From: Acidimicrobiia bacterium
GTDB taxonomy: Bacteria; Actinomycetota; Acidimicrobiia; Spongiisociales; ZC4RG35
Direction of reading: 5' to 3'
Length of the DNA: 64,000 bases
NCBI GenBank assembly: GCA_965215185.1
Contig: OZ244034.1
Span: 1,248,001 to 1,312,000, forward strand
Positions 51,401 to 61,001 of the stretch are shown piece after piece; position 1 is the stretch's first letter; each line of letters opens with the position of its first letter. The notes beneath the pieces were generated by a model. It was given only the letters and a program-made list of their open reading frames with translations, was not told the DNA's origin and did not search any database. Made by a program: the position numbers and the translations under genes.

Positions 51401-52492
51401 TTGTTGCTGCTACCGCGACTACTCCCGGATAGATTCCAGGCGGAAAACCCAGATTCGCCACAGTGCCACAGTAGCTTGGCAATTCGTTGGGATTTCCACA
51501 GTTGCCTGCTGAAGCAACGACAACGATGTCTCGCATCATTGCTATGCGGATCATGGTTTCCAGCGGATCCTGGGAACCTCCTCCCCTTAGAGATGCCAGT
51601 GACAGGTTCACTACATCCGCTCCGTGCCTAATGGCTCTATCTACAGCCGATGTGAGCGTTAAGATGTCCCGACATTTATCTCCTAACACTCTTATCGGTA
51701 GGATGCTGGCCTCGGGCGCGATTCCGGCTACATCTTGACCGTTGTCCACATCGGCGGCGATGATTCCCGCCACGTGGGTGCCATGGCCATCATCGTCAGA
51801 TCTGTGGCATTCATGGTCCCCCAACTGCCTGCCCACCACGCTGTGGGAGAGGTCACGGTGGTCAGCATTAACACCCGTGTCGATCACGGCCACAGTAACC
51901 CTCGCTCCTTCCGGCCAACCATCCCACAACTCCTTGGCCTGCATCTTCTGCAGGTGCCACTGCTGTCCCGACTCCGGGTCGTTGCTGAATGAAACGGTCT
52001 GGGCAGGCCACACTTCTAAGACCGGTGCACCCACGGCATGCACCTCAGGATCTGCTGCCAGGCTCTCTCGCACTTCAGCGATGCTCCGCCCATCAAGAGG
52101 CACGTACTCGACGATCAGGCACCCCCCGAGATTCGTACAACCTCCGCCACGTCTTGAAGCGACTCGACGGCGCCAGCTTCGGGACACGCCGCGTCCGGAT
52201 CAAGAGTGGCAACCGCCGCAGCCAGTCGTGGCAAATCGATATCCGACAACGTAGGAGTAGTGAAAGGATCGAACAGGGGGATCTCAAAAGCACGGTCTTC
52301 GGCGATGCCAGAGGGCTGGCCCGTATCGCTGGCTTGTGCGTCGGGGCCAACATCGCTGCTTCTGGTATCAGAGTCAACATCGACGCTTCCGGAGTCATCT
52401 CCCCCAAAGCCACCAAACGTAACCCAAACCCCTGCTGCCGCCAAGGCAACTATTGCAGCGGCCAACACCCATCTCCATTGCCGGGGACTCAT
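48408..52492 (-). CDS. S8 subtilase + PD40 + RCC1 (copy 3), 1-bp frameshift in a G tract at 52122-52127
   Basis: ORFs 52115-52492 and 48408-52187 join into a paralog of copy 1; IDTG, HGTHVAG, GTSQAAP. Confidence 0.88.
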
Positions 52493-52668
52493 CGGACCGT
52501 TCGACTCCTAGGTCGCTGCGATATCAAAGGAGAGCCTGATGTGCTCGCACCAATCCTCTCTGTTGATTGACTTCTCAGGAACATGTTGCCGAACTAGCAC
52601 AGACCGCACTCAACCAAGAAGGTCGCAGAGGGTTCTCGCCCATTGCAGAAGGTTCGCATAACTATCTT

Positions 52669-53154
52669 CTAGACAGTCACCACTATCGAAGACACACGCC
52701 TGTCGTGCCAACCTTGACGGCGGTCATTACCGATAACAGTGGCGTAAATGAAGACGCCCAGTACCGGTGCGTACAGAACACCAAAGACACCGACAACTAA
52801 TGAAAGGCCCAAGGCACCTGCTAGCAACAATAACCATTGCAAAGCCAGCACGGCCAGACCTGGCGCATTAGGTACCAGGAACCTTTGAATCGACTGGTCC
52901 CAGGACAGCAGTGCACCACTATCGATCCGGATCACCTTTACGCCAACGATTCGCTTTCCAAGGGTCTGCCCATAGGCCTTTATCAGCCAAATTTCGTATG
53001 CAATGGGCACCAACAACGCGACGAAGGCAGGAAGCCTGAATACGTACAAGAGGATCATGCCTAAGACACCGTTCAGTGCCCTAGCACCCAAACGTGTTGC
53101 TGGACGAGCCAATACTCGTTCTTCACCGTCGCCGAGCGTAACCGAGTCTTTCAC
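52669..53154 (-). CDS. RDD family membrane protein (copy 3)
   Basis: 161-aa paralog; RLGARALN, GQTLGKR, GWHDR. Confidence 0.9.
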   Translation of the reverse strand: MKDSVTLGDGEERVLARPATRLGARALNGVLGMILLYVFRLPAFVALLVPIAYEIWLIKAYGQTLGKRIVGVKVIRIDSGALLSWDQSIQRFLVPNAPGLAVLALQWLLLLAGALGLSLVVGVFGVLYAPVLGVFIYATVIGNDRRQGWHDRRVSSIVVTV

Positions 53155-53316
53155 TTCAAACCCCCTTCCACCAAGGCATGCCGGAGCGTCGCGAGCTCTG
53201 CAGACGGCTGGCCACCGTTACAGTTTATTCCACTGAATACAGAGACCTGAGTCATTATATCAAACAAACGGAGGCTTCACCGAAATGTTGGGGTTCGGGA
53301 TAGGGAGGGGGTCCTT

Positions 53317-54150
53317 GATGCTCCTATTTTTTACAAATCGAGGTTTTGGTCGGTGCTTGCGGTGGGTGGATGCTGGTTGGTGAGCCAGTGTTGATAGCGG
53401 GTAGCGAGGTTGTGGTTGTGGTAGAGGCCTCGTTCGAGTTGTGAGAGGAGGGTGGGGTGGGTGTGGAGCTGTTGGGCGGCGTGGATCAGGGTTATCCGGG
53501 CTTGTCGGCGTTGGATGCGGAGATCGGTGTTGTCGGGTGTGGGAGGTGGGTTGGTGAGCAGGTGGTAGATCTGGCGGGCGATGTGGCGTTTCAGACATCG
53601 GATGATTTCTCGACGGGTCTTGCCTTCTTTTTGGCGTCTTTGGACGTATGCGATCGTAGCCTGGTCGTATCGCATCCGGGTGACGGCAATGTGCCAGAGG
53701 GCGCTGTTGGATTCACGGTTCCCTCCCCGGTTGAGGCGGTGGCGTATGGTTCGTCCCGAAGACGCTTGGACGGGGCTTGCGCCGCACAACGCCGCGAAGG
53801 AAGATTCCGACTTCATGCGTTCGGGGTTGTCACCGGCTGTGACCAGCAGGGTGGCGGCGGTGTTCACGCCGACTCCTGGGGCGCCGAGCAGCGCCGGGTT
53901 GGCCCGGGCGCAGAGACGGTGGATCTCGGTGTTCAGTTGCTCAATCTCGGTGGTGAGTGCCTGGTATCGAAGAGCCAGAAGGCGGAGTGTCTTTTTGGCA
54001 TACGCTGTGGTGGTACGGGTTGTGCCAGGACGGAAAGCAGCACAGGCTTTGACCCGAGCTCGGGTGGACAGTTCCCGGAGTTGATGCTTGACCTGGTCGG
54101 GAGCTGTTACTACCAGACCGTGCAGTTGGTTGATGGCCTGGGTTCGAGCC
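53317..54150 (-). mobile_element. IS110-HTH element, 5'-truncated
   Basis: QASSG, RLNRGGNR, LKRHIAR, in-frame HTH LSQLERG; right end ATAGGAGCATC. Confidence 0.85.
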
Positions 54151-54525
54151 TGTATACATGTCTGTGTGAGGTAGGTTCTCTAATTGCTGTGGCTGGTGTG
54201 AGAGCTGGTCGGAGAGGCGAGTGTCTTGATGCCTGTTGAACATGATGTGACGGAGGCGGCTGGGGCGGGCCGCTGGTGTGGTGTCTGATGAGGTAGTGGA
54301 GGCGGTGGTTTCGGACGCTGCTGCGGGTGGTGTGGACCTTTTGGGTCCTGATGGGGTGTTGGCCGAGTTGACGAAGCGGATTCTGGAACGTGCTTTGGCT
54401 GAGGAGATGACCGATCATCTGGGCTATGAGCCTGGTGATCCGATGGGTCATGGTACGGGTAACAACCGTAACGGGACCTCTCCCAAACAGGTGTTGACCG
54501 AGATCGGAGCGGTGGATTTGACACG
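54147..54525 (+). mobile_element. IS256-family relic (N-terminus)
   Basis: LLGPDGVLAELTKRILERAL.EEMTDHLGY...NNRNG..PK.V.TEIG. Confidence 0.85.
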
Positions 54526-54539
54526 CTATCAACGCCCTC

Positions 54540-54879
54540 ATATTCGTCACCCTCACCTGCGTCCGAAGCGGCGATACGAGTGCTCGAAGACACCGCCGAA
54601 CTCACAGGCACCCGCACCGGACTGGTGTTCCCCGCGCGCAGAGGCGGGATCATGTCCTCCGGCACCCTGCACAAACTCCTCGAAGACTGCGATATCCCCG
54701 CGGACGTTCATGGGGCCAGAGCATCGTTCCGGACCTAGGCAGAGGAGCAGGACGACATAACCGAAAAAGTAGCAGAAGCCGTCCTAGCCCACAAAAAAAG
54801 AGACGCCTACAACAGATCCGCCCATTTCGATAAGAGGATCGCCATAATTGACAGTTGGGCAGACTACCTAAACATCTGA
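54540..54879 (+). pseudogene. P4-like tyrosine integrase, C-terminal relic next to tRNA-Ala
   Basis: VHGARASFRT*...VAEAVLAH...AYNRS...WADYLNI*. Confidence 0.8.
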
Positions 54880-55000
54880 CCAACACCCCCCACACAACCC
54901 TCGAACCAACCCGCAACAAAAACCGACACCCCAAGTGGTATTCACCCCCAACACACCGCCCCAATTGCCACTCTGACCTGGGCAACCACCTGGGGAGCGG

Positions 55001-55074
55001 TGGAGGTGACGGGATTTGAACCCGTGGCCCCTTCGTTGCGAACGAAGTGCTCTGCCTGGCTGAGCTACACCCCC
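55001..55074 (-). tRNA. tRNA-Ala(CGC)
   Basis: GGGGGTG/CACCTCC acceptor with G3:U70; CTTCG-TTCGCAA-CGAAG; GGTTCAAATCC. Confidence 0.95.
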
Positions 55075-55122
55075 TGGCCGGAAAGCAGTTTACCAACCAC
55101 CTTCCTTATCCTGACAGGTGGT

Positions 55123-55617
55123 TCAGCCCCCCGCAACCCGCCTCAGTACCTCTCGGGACCCCCCTTGAGCCGAGATCACCGAAGAAGCCATGCCGACCCT
55201 GCTTCCCTGGAATTGCATTGCCAAGCCGTAATAGATGATCAACAGCGCGTCCACCGCCACATGCGCCAGCCACCAGTTCAGCGATCCGGTGTACAGACCG
55301 GCCGCCACCGTAATAACCGCCATCGCAACCAAGACTGTTCGCACCCGACGACGCCGGGCAAAGGCCATCGAACCTTGCTGGACTATGGCAAATGGCACAC
55401 TGCCCAGAGGCTCTGCTGCAGCCTGCGCCACCGGCACCACCTTGACCTCCGGCGCCGGTTGAGCCTGGGGCCGCTGACTTGCCACTTTGGACTGCCGACC
55501 CCAGAAGCTCAGCGTTGAAGAGCGATGCGCCCCGGACTTCGTCGGTATCAGATACCATCCCCATACCACGACGATGACAAAAAGGGCGATAATGAGGGCG
55601 GCCACAACACCAGTCAT
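55123..55617 (-). CDS. membrane protein, SepX/GlpR-like
   Basis: N-terminal TM, ARRRRVR..L motif and two further TMs; actinobacterial moeA-...-glpR-tRNA-Ala synteny. Confidence 0.55.
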   Translation of the reverse strand: MTGVVAALIIALFVIVVVWGWYLIPTKSGAHRSSTLSFWGRQSKVASQRPQAQPAPEVKVVPVAQAAAEPLGSVPFAIVQQGSMAFARRRRVRTVLVAMAVITVAAGLYTGSLNWWLAHVAVDALLIIYYGLAMQFQGSRVGMASSVISAQGGSREVLRRVAGG

Positions 55618-55745
55618 TATACCGTCGGGTAGCCGGATCAGTCTTTATCCAACCAACGCGCCTGGATCACAATACCGTCACCGTGACTAAAGGGGGCCAG
55701 AGAAATTCACTGGGCGCACGGCTTTAATGCGTTATCGAACAGCCC

Positions 55746-56240
55746 TTATCGTTTCCACGTCCCCGACCTGCCGCCGCTTTTCTCCAACAGTTGCACGGGG
55801 CCGATAACCACACCTCGGTCGAGTCCTTTGACCATATCGTAGAGAGCCAATGCCGCCACAGAAACTGCCAGCATGGCCTCCATTTCCACTCCGGTCCGGG
55901 CGGTGGTACCCACCTCGGCGGTTATCGCTACTCCTCCTTCGCAGGGGGCCACCTTCACCTCGATTCCGGAAAGGGGCAAAGGATGGCATAGTGGAATGAG
56001 TTCCGATGTTCGCTTGGCGGCCATTATCCCGGCCAACCTCACCGCCGCCCAAGCATCACCTTTGGGAAGCGTCCCCTCCAAGAGCGAACGCCGCACCTCG
56101 GGGCTGATACTCACCCGGGCCTCCGCCACTGCCCGCCGCATAGTCTCCGGCTTCCCCCCCACTTCGACCATATGCATCTCCCCCCGCTCGTTGAGATGCG
56201 AATAGACCAGTTCACTACTCATCTGCGGCATCCTCCTCAT
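55746..56240 (-). CDS. moaC: cyclic pyranopterin monophosphate synthase
   Basis: SHL...MVEVG.K, KGD, IMAAKRT..LIPLCHPL, TGVEMEA, LYDMVK, KSGGRSG. Confidence 0.95.
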   Translation of the reverse strand: MRRMPQMSSELVYSHLNERGEMHMVEVGGKPETMRRAVAEARVSISPEVRRSLLEGTLPKGDAWAAVRLAGIMAAKRTSELIPLCHPLPLSGIEVKVAPCEGGVAITAEVGTTARTGVEMEAMLAVSVAALALYDMVKGLDRGVVIGPVQLLEKSGGRSGTWKR

Positions 56241-57501
56241 AACGGGTCTCCGGGGACCGCAAAAGCTCGACCTCCACCGGCTCTCCTTCCCCGATCACAT
56301 CCACTCCTATGGGAACCACCGCCATGCCATCTGCCGCGGCTGCGGCCGAGAGAACATTGGACTCCTGCCCACCTGAGGAGCGAGCCACCAACCGACCGTC
56401 TTGCCGACCAATCACCACTCGGACGAAAACCGTCTTGGCTGGGTTGGTGCGAAGGGAATGGCCAGCCACCGCCGCAACTCGGGGGCGATACAGAGCCCGC
56501 GCCCCCATCATCTTCAGCAGCGAGGGGCGAACAAACTGCTCATAGGCGACCAGAGCCGACACCGGATTGCCTGGCAATCCGAACAGTGGAGCGCCGTTGA
56601 TGTGTCCGAAGGCGAAGGGCTTGGCCGGCTGCATCGCCACCTTCCACAACTCGATATCACCAAGGGTTGACAGAACCTGTTTCACTAGGTCATACTCACC
56701 CATGGAGACCCCTCCCGAGGTCACAGTCACGTCCGCACGGTGAGACGCGTCCATCAGCGCGGAGCGCAATCGATCCTCTTGGTCGGGGATGATCCCCATG
56801 TCGATGATCTCCACACCCAATTCGGCAAGCAGCCCCTTCAAGAGAGGTCTATTCGAGTCTCGTATGCCACCCGGAGGAAGGGTCCGGCACTCGGCGGGAA
56901 ACAACTCATCCCCCGTGGACAGCACCGCCACCCTGGCTCTTCTCCTCACCCTCGGCGCCGACACTCCGATGGTGGCCAAGACTCCCAGGTGAACCGGTCC
57001 GAGCCGGGTGCCCACCGGTAACACCACCTGGCCCTCGGCGAGGTCTCCTCCCACCGGCCTCACCGAGGTACCCATCGTCACCGAAGACATGATCCGCACC
57101 CTCCCTCCGGGAAGAGGCTCGGTGTCTTCTACTTTTACCACCGCCTCCGCGCCGGGTGGGATCTGCGCTCCGGTCATGATCTTGATAACCGTTCCCGGAC
57201 CCACCGAGCCGGTCGCGACCCAGCCGGCCGGCACATCCTCTGTGATCCTCAAGACCACAGGCGGGTCGGCCACATCCGCAACCCGGACGGCATATCCGTC
57301 CATGGCGGAATTCGCAAAATGGGGAACCGGATGAGGGGCGACCACATCGGAAGCCAAAGCCAATCCCTGCGCCTGTTCCAAGGGAATTTCCAAGGTGGGC
57401 AACAGCCTCATGGTGGATAACACCTCTCGCCGAGCCGCGGCCAGAGGCTTCATCTCCTCAGCGACCATTCTCAATCCGAGTCGGACTTTCTCTCCCTCCA
57501 C
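56215..57501 (-). CDS. moeA: molybdopterin molybdotransferase
   Basis: NSAMDGYA, IMTGA, STGDEL, TSGGVSMG, GLPGNPVS. Confidence 0.95.
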   Translation of the reverse strand: MEGEKVRLGLRMVAEEMKPLAAARREVLSTMRLLPTLEIPLEQAQGLALASDVVAPHPVPHFANSAMDGYAVRVADVADPPVVLRITEDVPAGWVATGSVGPGTVIKIMTGAQIPPGAEAVVKVEDTEPLPGGRVRIMSSVTMGTSVRPVGGDLAEGQVVLPVGTRLGPVHLGVLATIGVSAPRVRRRARVAVLSTGDELFPAECRTLPPGGIRDSNRPLLKGLLAELGVEIIDMGIIPDQEDRLRSALMDASHRADVTVTSGGVSMGEYDLVKQVLSTLGDIELWKVAMQPAKPFAFGHINGAPLFGLPGNPVSALVAYEQFVRPSLLKMMGARALYRPRVAAVAGHSLRTNPAKTVFVRVVIGRQDGRLVARSSGGQESNVLSAAAAADGMAVVPIGVDVIGEGEPVEVELLRSPETRYEEDAADE

Positions 57502-58085
57502 GTGATGAAGTTAGACCTATGCCGATAGAGAATGAGAACCACCGCCACCAGCAACCATATCAGAGCCGGAAACTCCATACCCTGCCAGAAACTGATGGGC
57601 AAATACAAGATCGCCACCACCGTTGAACCTGCCGCCGGGAATTTGGCCACTCGCGCCAGCAGGACCCACACCACGCCCATCACCACCGTTATCACCGGAA
57701 AAACAAAGAGCATGGCCCCAAAGAGGGTCGCCATCCCCTTGCCTCCCCGAAAACGATGGAAAACCGGATAGCAATGTCCGATCACTGCCGCGGCCCCGGC
57801 CAACATCACCTCCCAGGAGTTCACAGGGTCGATCAACTGCTCTGGGTTGACCGCCCCTGCCGCCCACAATCCCAAGACCGCCGCCGCCACTCCTTTCAGC
57901 AGGTCCCCCACCAGCACCATGATCCCGGGCAGACGCCCCACCACCCGAAACACATTGGCGGTTCCGGGGTTGCCGCTGCCGTGGGCGCGGATGTCAACGC
58001 CATGGAGCCGACTCACGAAAATCGCAAAGTCGATGGAACCGATCAGATAGGCGGCGGCGACCGCTAGTAAGACAGATGCTTCCAT
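57471..58085 (-). CDS. plsY: glycerol-3-phosphate acyltransferase
   Basis: YLIGSI, GSGNPGTANV.R, DLLKG, GH..P.F..FRGGKG, HRSN. Confidence 0.93.
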   Translation of the reverse strand: MEASVLLAVAAAYLIGSIDFAIFVSRLHGVDIRAHGSGNPGTANVFRVVGRLPGIMVLVGDLLKGVAAAVLGLWAAGAVNPEQLIDPVNSWEVMLAGAAAVIGHCYPVFHRFRGGKGMATLFGAMLFVFPVITVVMGVVWVLLARVAKFPAAGSTVVAILYLPISFWQGMEFPALIWLLVAVVLILYRHRSNFITWRERKSDSD

Positions 58086-58174
58086 TTGGAACCCAGTTTA
58101 TGCTCCTCGCGCCGCGGTATGTATCCTCAGCTTCGAGTCTCCTCGTAAAGGAATCACAACTTACCTAATGCACT

Positions 58175-58486
58175 ATGCCTACCTATGAGTACCTTTGTCG
58201 CCAGTGCGGTGATCATTTGGACGTGATACAGTCGTTCTCCGACACGCCTCTCACTCGACATGATTCCTGCGGAGGGTCCCTTCGCAAGGTCTTCCATGCC
58301 CGGGGGGTGGTCTTCAAGGGATCGGGCTTTTACGCAACCGACTCCCGCAGGCCCAACCCTGCCATCTCGGGGTCCAACGGAGAATCCTCTTCAGCTTCCC
58401 AGGACAAAAAATCTTCGGATTCCAAGTCGGAGAGTGAAAAGTCCCCAGTGAAGGCTTCGAAAAGCGAGAAAGCCGCCTCAGAGTAG
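58175..58486 (+). CDS. FmdB family zinc-ribbon protein
   Basis: MPTYEYLC..C...FKGSGFYATD. Confidence 0.9.
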   Translation: MPTYEYLCRQCGDHLDVIQSFSDTPLTRHDSCGGSLRKVFHARGVVFKGSGFYATDSRRPNPAISGSNGESSSASQDKKSSDSKSESEKSPVKASKSEKAASE

Positions 58487-58596
58487 CTTCTTGCTGCCCG
58501 ACCTTCGGGCGAGATTAGGAAACTTCGGGGTGACTCGCGAGAAAAGCCGTTTCCCCCTCTGGCCCTCAGCCTGCCTAGACGAGCCCATCATGTGGA

Positions 58597-59139
58597 ATGC
58601 TGTGGTTTGCTCCCCGCCCCTATCTCAAATGGGCGGGGGCTGTTGCGTTGGTGGGTTTCTCCTGGTGGATACAACTTACGCCAACTCCCATGACGATTCA
58701 TCCCTTTGTCAGAACCGATATCGGCCCAGGCGTGGAGATCTCCAACGACCTCTTCGAATGGCGAGAGATACCGGAAGGGGTTTTGCCGCCCATCAACCCG
58801 CAAGAAACCCTGGCTATGGGGATGGCTGCAGGAGATCCACTCCTCCCCTCATTTCTCTCGAGGGATGAACCGACCGTACCCGATGGTTGGTGGGTGCTGG
58901 AATTGGAGGCGCCGCCGGGCCTCCTGCCAGGCCGATATGTGCTGCTGGTGGCGGGGGGAGACGGACTCTCCTCCTTCGACCAGCCGATACCCGGAATGGT
59001 GATCCGCTCTCTGACCGGAATGCGCGATGCCGAGGAAATGGCCCTGATCGCCGTCCCAGGAGAGCATCTGACTCGGGTCTCCTCGGCCGCGGCCTACGGA
59101 ACACTGGCCGTGGCGGTGGCCGTGGCACCGAACCACTAG
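58597..59139 (+). CDS. SAF-like domain membrane protein
   Basis: TM segment followed by DIGPG.EI...L.W.EIP; follows FmdB as in other actinobacteria; start uncertain. Confidence 0.5.
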   Translation: MLWFAPRPYLKWAGAVALVGFSWWIQLTPTPMTIHPFVRTDIGPGVEISNDLFEWREIPEGVLPPINPQETLAMGMAAGDPLLPSFLSRDEPTVPDGWWVLELEAPPGLLPGRYVLLVAGGDGLSSFDQPIPGMVIRSLTGMRDAEEMALIAVPGEHLTRVSSAAAYGTLAVAVAVAPNH

Positions 59140-59150
59140 CGTGTCATCCC

Positions 59151-59924
59151 ATGCTCAACGCGCTCATCTGGGGCACCCTGCAGGGCCTAACCGAATTCCT
59201 TCCGGTCTCCTCCAGCGGTCACCTGGTCCTGGTCCCCGCCTTGCTGTCGAAAGCGGGAGTTTCGGTCGCCACTCCCTCCTTGACGCACAGCGCCTTCCTT
59301 CATCTAGGGACCTTAGCCGCGGTGGTGTTTTACTACCGTCGCGATCTGCGGGAGCTGTCCAGATTCCGAAGCTCCCCGCAAGCGCGCCACATCCTTTTGC
59401 TGCTGGCGATTGGCACCGCCCCCGCCGCCCTCGGCCTGGTGGTGGAGGACTGGGTGGAGAGCGCCCAGGAAACCCCGGCGCTGGTGTCGGGAGCTCTGCT
59501 GTTCACCGCCGCGGCACTCGTAGCCGGACAGTGGCTGATCAAACGATGCGGGAAGCTAGAAGACGCCGGGTGGAGGGACGGGCTATGGGTAGGGCTGACC
59601 CAAACCCTGGCCTTCATGCCGGGGATTTCCCGTTCGGCGGTGACCATCACTGCCGGGATGGCCCGGGGACTCTCCCCCGAACAGGCTACGCGCTACTCCT
59701 TCTTGCTGGCGGTACCCGCCATCGTTGCCGCGGGAGGCCGATCCCTCATCCAGATGGACTTCGCGTCCGACTCCCTGGGACCCGCTCTGCTGGGCCTGGG
59801 AATGGCGGCAGTGGTGGGGTACCTGTCCATTGTCGGTCTGCTGTCGATGTTGCGAAGGATCGGGCTCGCGCCTTTTGCCGTCTACGCGGCCGCCCTCGGG
59901 GCGGTGGGCCTTTATCTCTTCTAG
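59151..59924 (+). CDS. uppP: undecaprenyl-diphosphate phosphatase
   Basis: QGLTEFLPVSSSGH, HLGT, PGISRS; ATG at 59151. Confidence 0.93.
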   Translation: MLNALIWGTLQGLTEFLPVSSSGHLVLVPALLSKAGVSVATPSLTHSAFLHLGTLAAVVFYYRRDLRELSRFRSSPQARHILLLLAIGTAPAALGLVVEDWVESAQETPALVSGALLFTAAALVAGQWLIKRCGKLEDAGWRDGLWVGLTQTLAFMPGISRSAVTITAGMARGLSPEQATRYSFLLAVPAIVAAGGRSLIQMDFASDSLGPALLGLGMAAVVGYLSIVGLLSMLRRIGLAPFAVYAAALGAVGLYLF

Positions 59925-60069
59925 ATCGGGGCAGCACTCAAACGCATCACATCCGTCCCAGACCGATCGCCTTCCGTCCCTCAGCCCACCAGATGCGGCT
60001 TCGATGTGGCGGAAACCACGATCTCGATCCGATCGGAATCGGAAATCAGCGCCAATAGCGTCAAGGGGG

Positions 60070-60201
60070 CAGATCCGGCCACCTGCACAGTTACCGGGTA
60101 GTGGTTCAGTTTGGCCCTCCGACCTGCGGATTCACCCTCCAAACTGAACCAGTAGCGGGAACTCGTTAGGGGGTGGAGTGGGTGTGCATTGACCGGATCT
60201 G
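60070..60201. repeat. nested palindromic element
   Basis: Perfect 13-bp IR TGGTTCAGTTTGG/CCAAACTGAACCA inside an outer CAGATCCGG/CCGGATCTG IR. Confidence 0.7.
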
Positions 60202-60272
60202 GACGAGGACCTCAGCGTCGCGGGGACGCTGATCGGCGGACCGCCTGGGGAGTCAGCCCGGTCGAGAAACCC

Positions 60273-61001
60273 CTACCACCCTGATGCGGGATCGGGTAAC
60301 CGTGAAAGGGTGGCTAGTTCGATAACCGCGACGGAGAAGTCGTCGGTGTTTCTTGACCGGATAGCCACCTGCGTTAGTTGGTCGGGCACGTTTTCGAGAG
60401 GTCCGATCATAGCCTTTAACAGCGTTGCCCGGTTGGTACGGCCAAACAACCCATCAGTTGCTGCCAGGATCCTCCCGTCCCTCAAGGGAACCGTGGTGGT
60501 ATGAACCTGGATGGGATGAAACCAGGGATGGCCTCCCAGGGTTTGGGTGATATACCCTCCGTCCCAGTCGTCCACAGTGACCGGTGTCAGTTGCTCGCCG
60601 GTGTGAAGGTACACCCGGGAGTCACCTACATGGAACACGATCACCATGTCAGTGGTGACGAGGACACCGGCGATGGTGGTGCCCATGTTCCGAAGGCCTT
60701 TGTCGACCAGCATCGTCTCATACAGGAACCGATTGGCCTCCTCCACAAGGGCTATCAGGTCCTGTTCCGTATTGACCTGGGGACTTCCCGACGCTATCAC
60801 TTCCGCTGCCAGGGCTGCTGCTATTTCACCAGCGGAATGACCACCCAATCCGTCCAACACGGCCACCAGGTTTGGGGTTTCAACCGCGAACATGACTGTG
60901 GTCGGCTGGTCACTGTCAACCACCGTGTCGCTGACAACCACCCGGTCCTGGTTAATCTTTCTGCCCCATCCCCGACGGGTCAGAACAGCCACCCTCAGCA
61001 T
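60273..61001 (-). CDS. PP2C/PPM-family protein phosphatase
   Basis: R..NQD, VLDGLGGH..GE.A, MGTT, HVGDSRVY, TDGL, DDFS. Confidence 0.9.
   Translation of the reverse strand: MLRVAVLTRRGWGRKINQDRVVVSDTVVDSDQPTTVMFAVETPNLVAVLDGLGGHSAGEIAAALAAEVIASGSPQVNTEQDLIALVEEANRFLYETMLVDKGLRNMGTTIAGVLVTTDMVIVFHVGDSRVYLHTGEQLTPVTVDDWDGGYITQTLGGHPWFHPIQVHTTTVPLRDGRILAATDGLFGRTNRATLLKAMIGPLENVPDQLTQVAIRSRNTDDFSVAVIELATLSRLPDPASGW

Noticed and set aside
58887-59150. N-terminal extension of uppP
   Set aside because: Overlaps the upstream gene; UppP homology starts at ATG 59151
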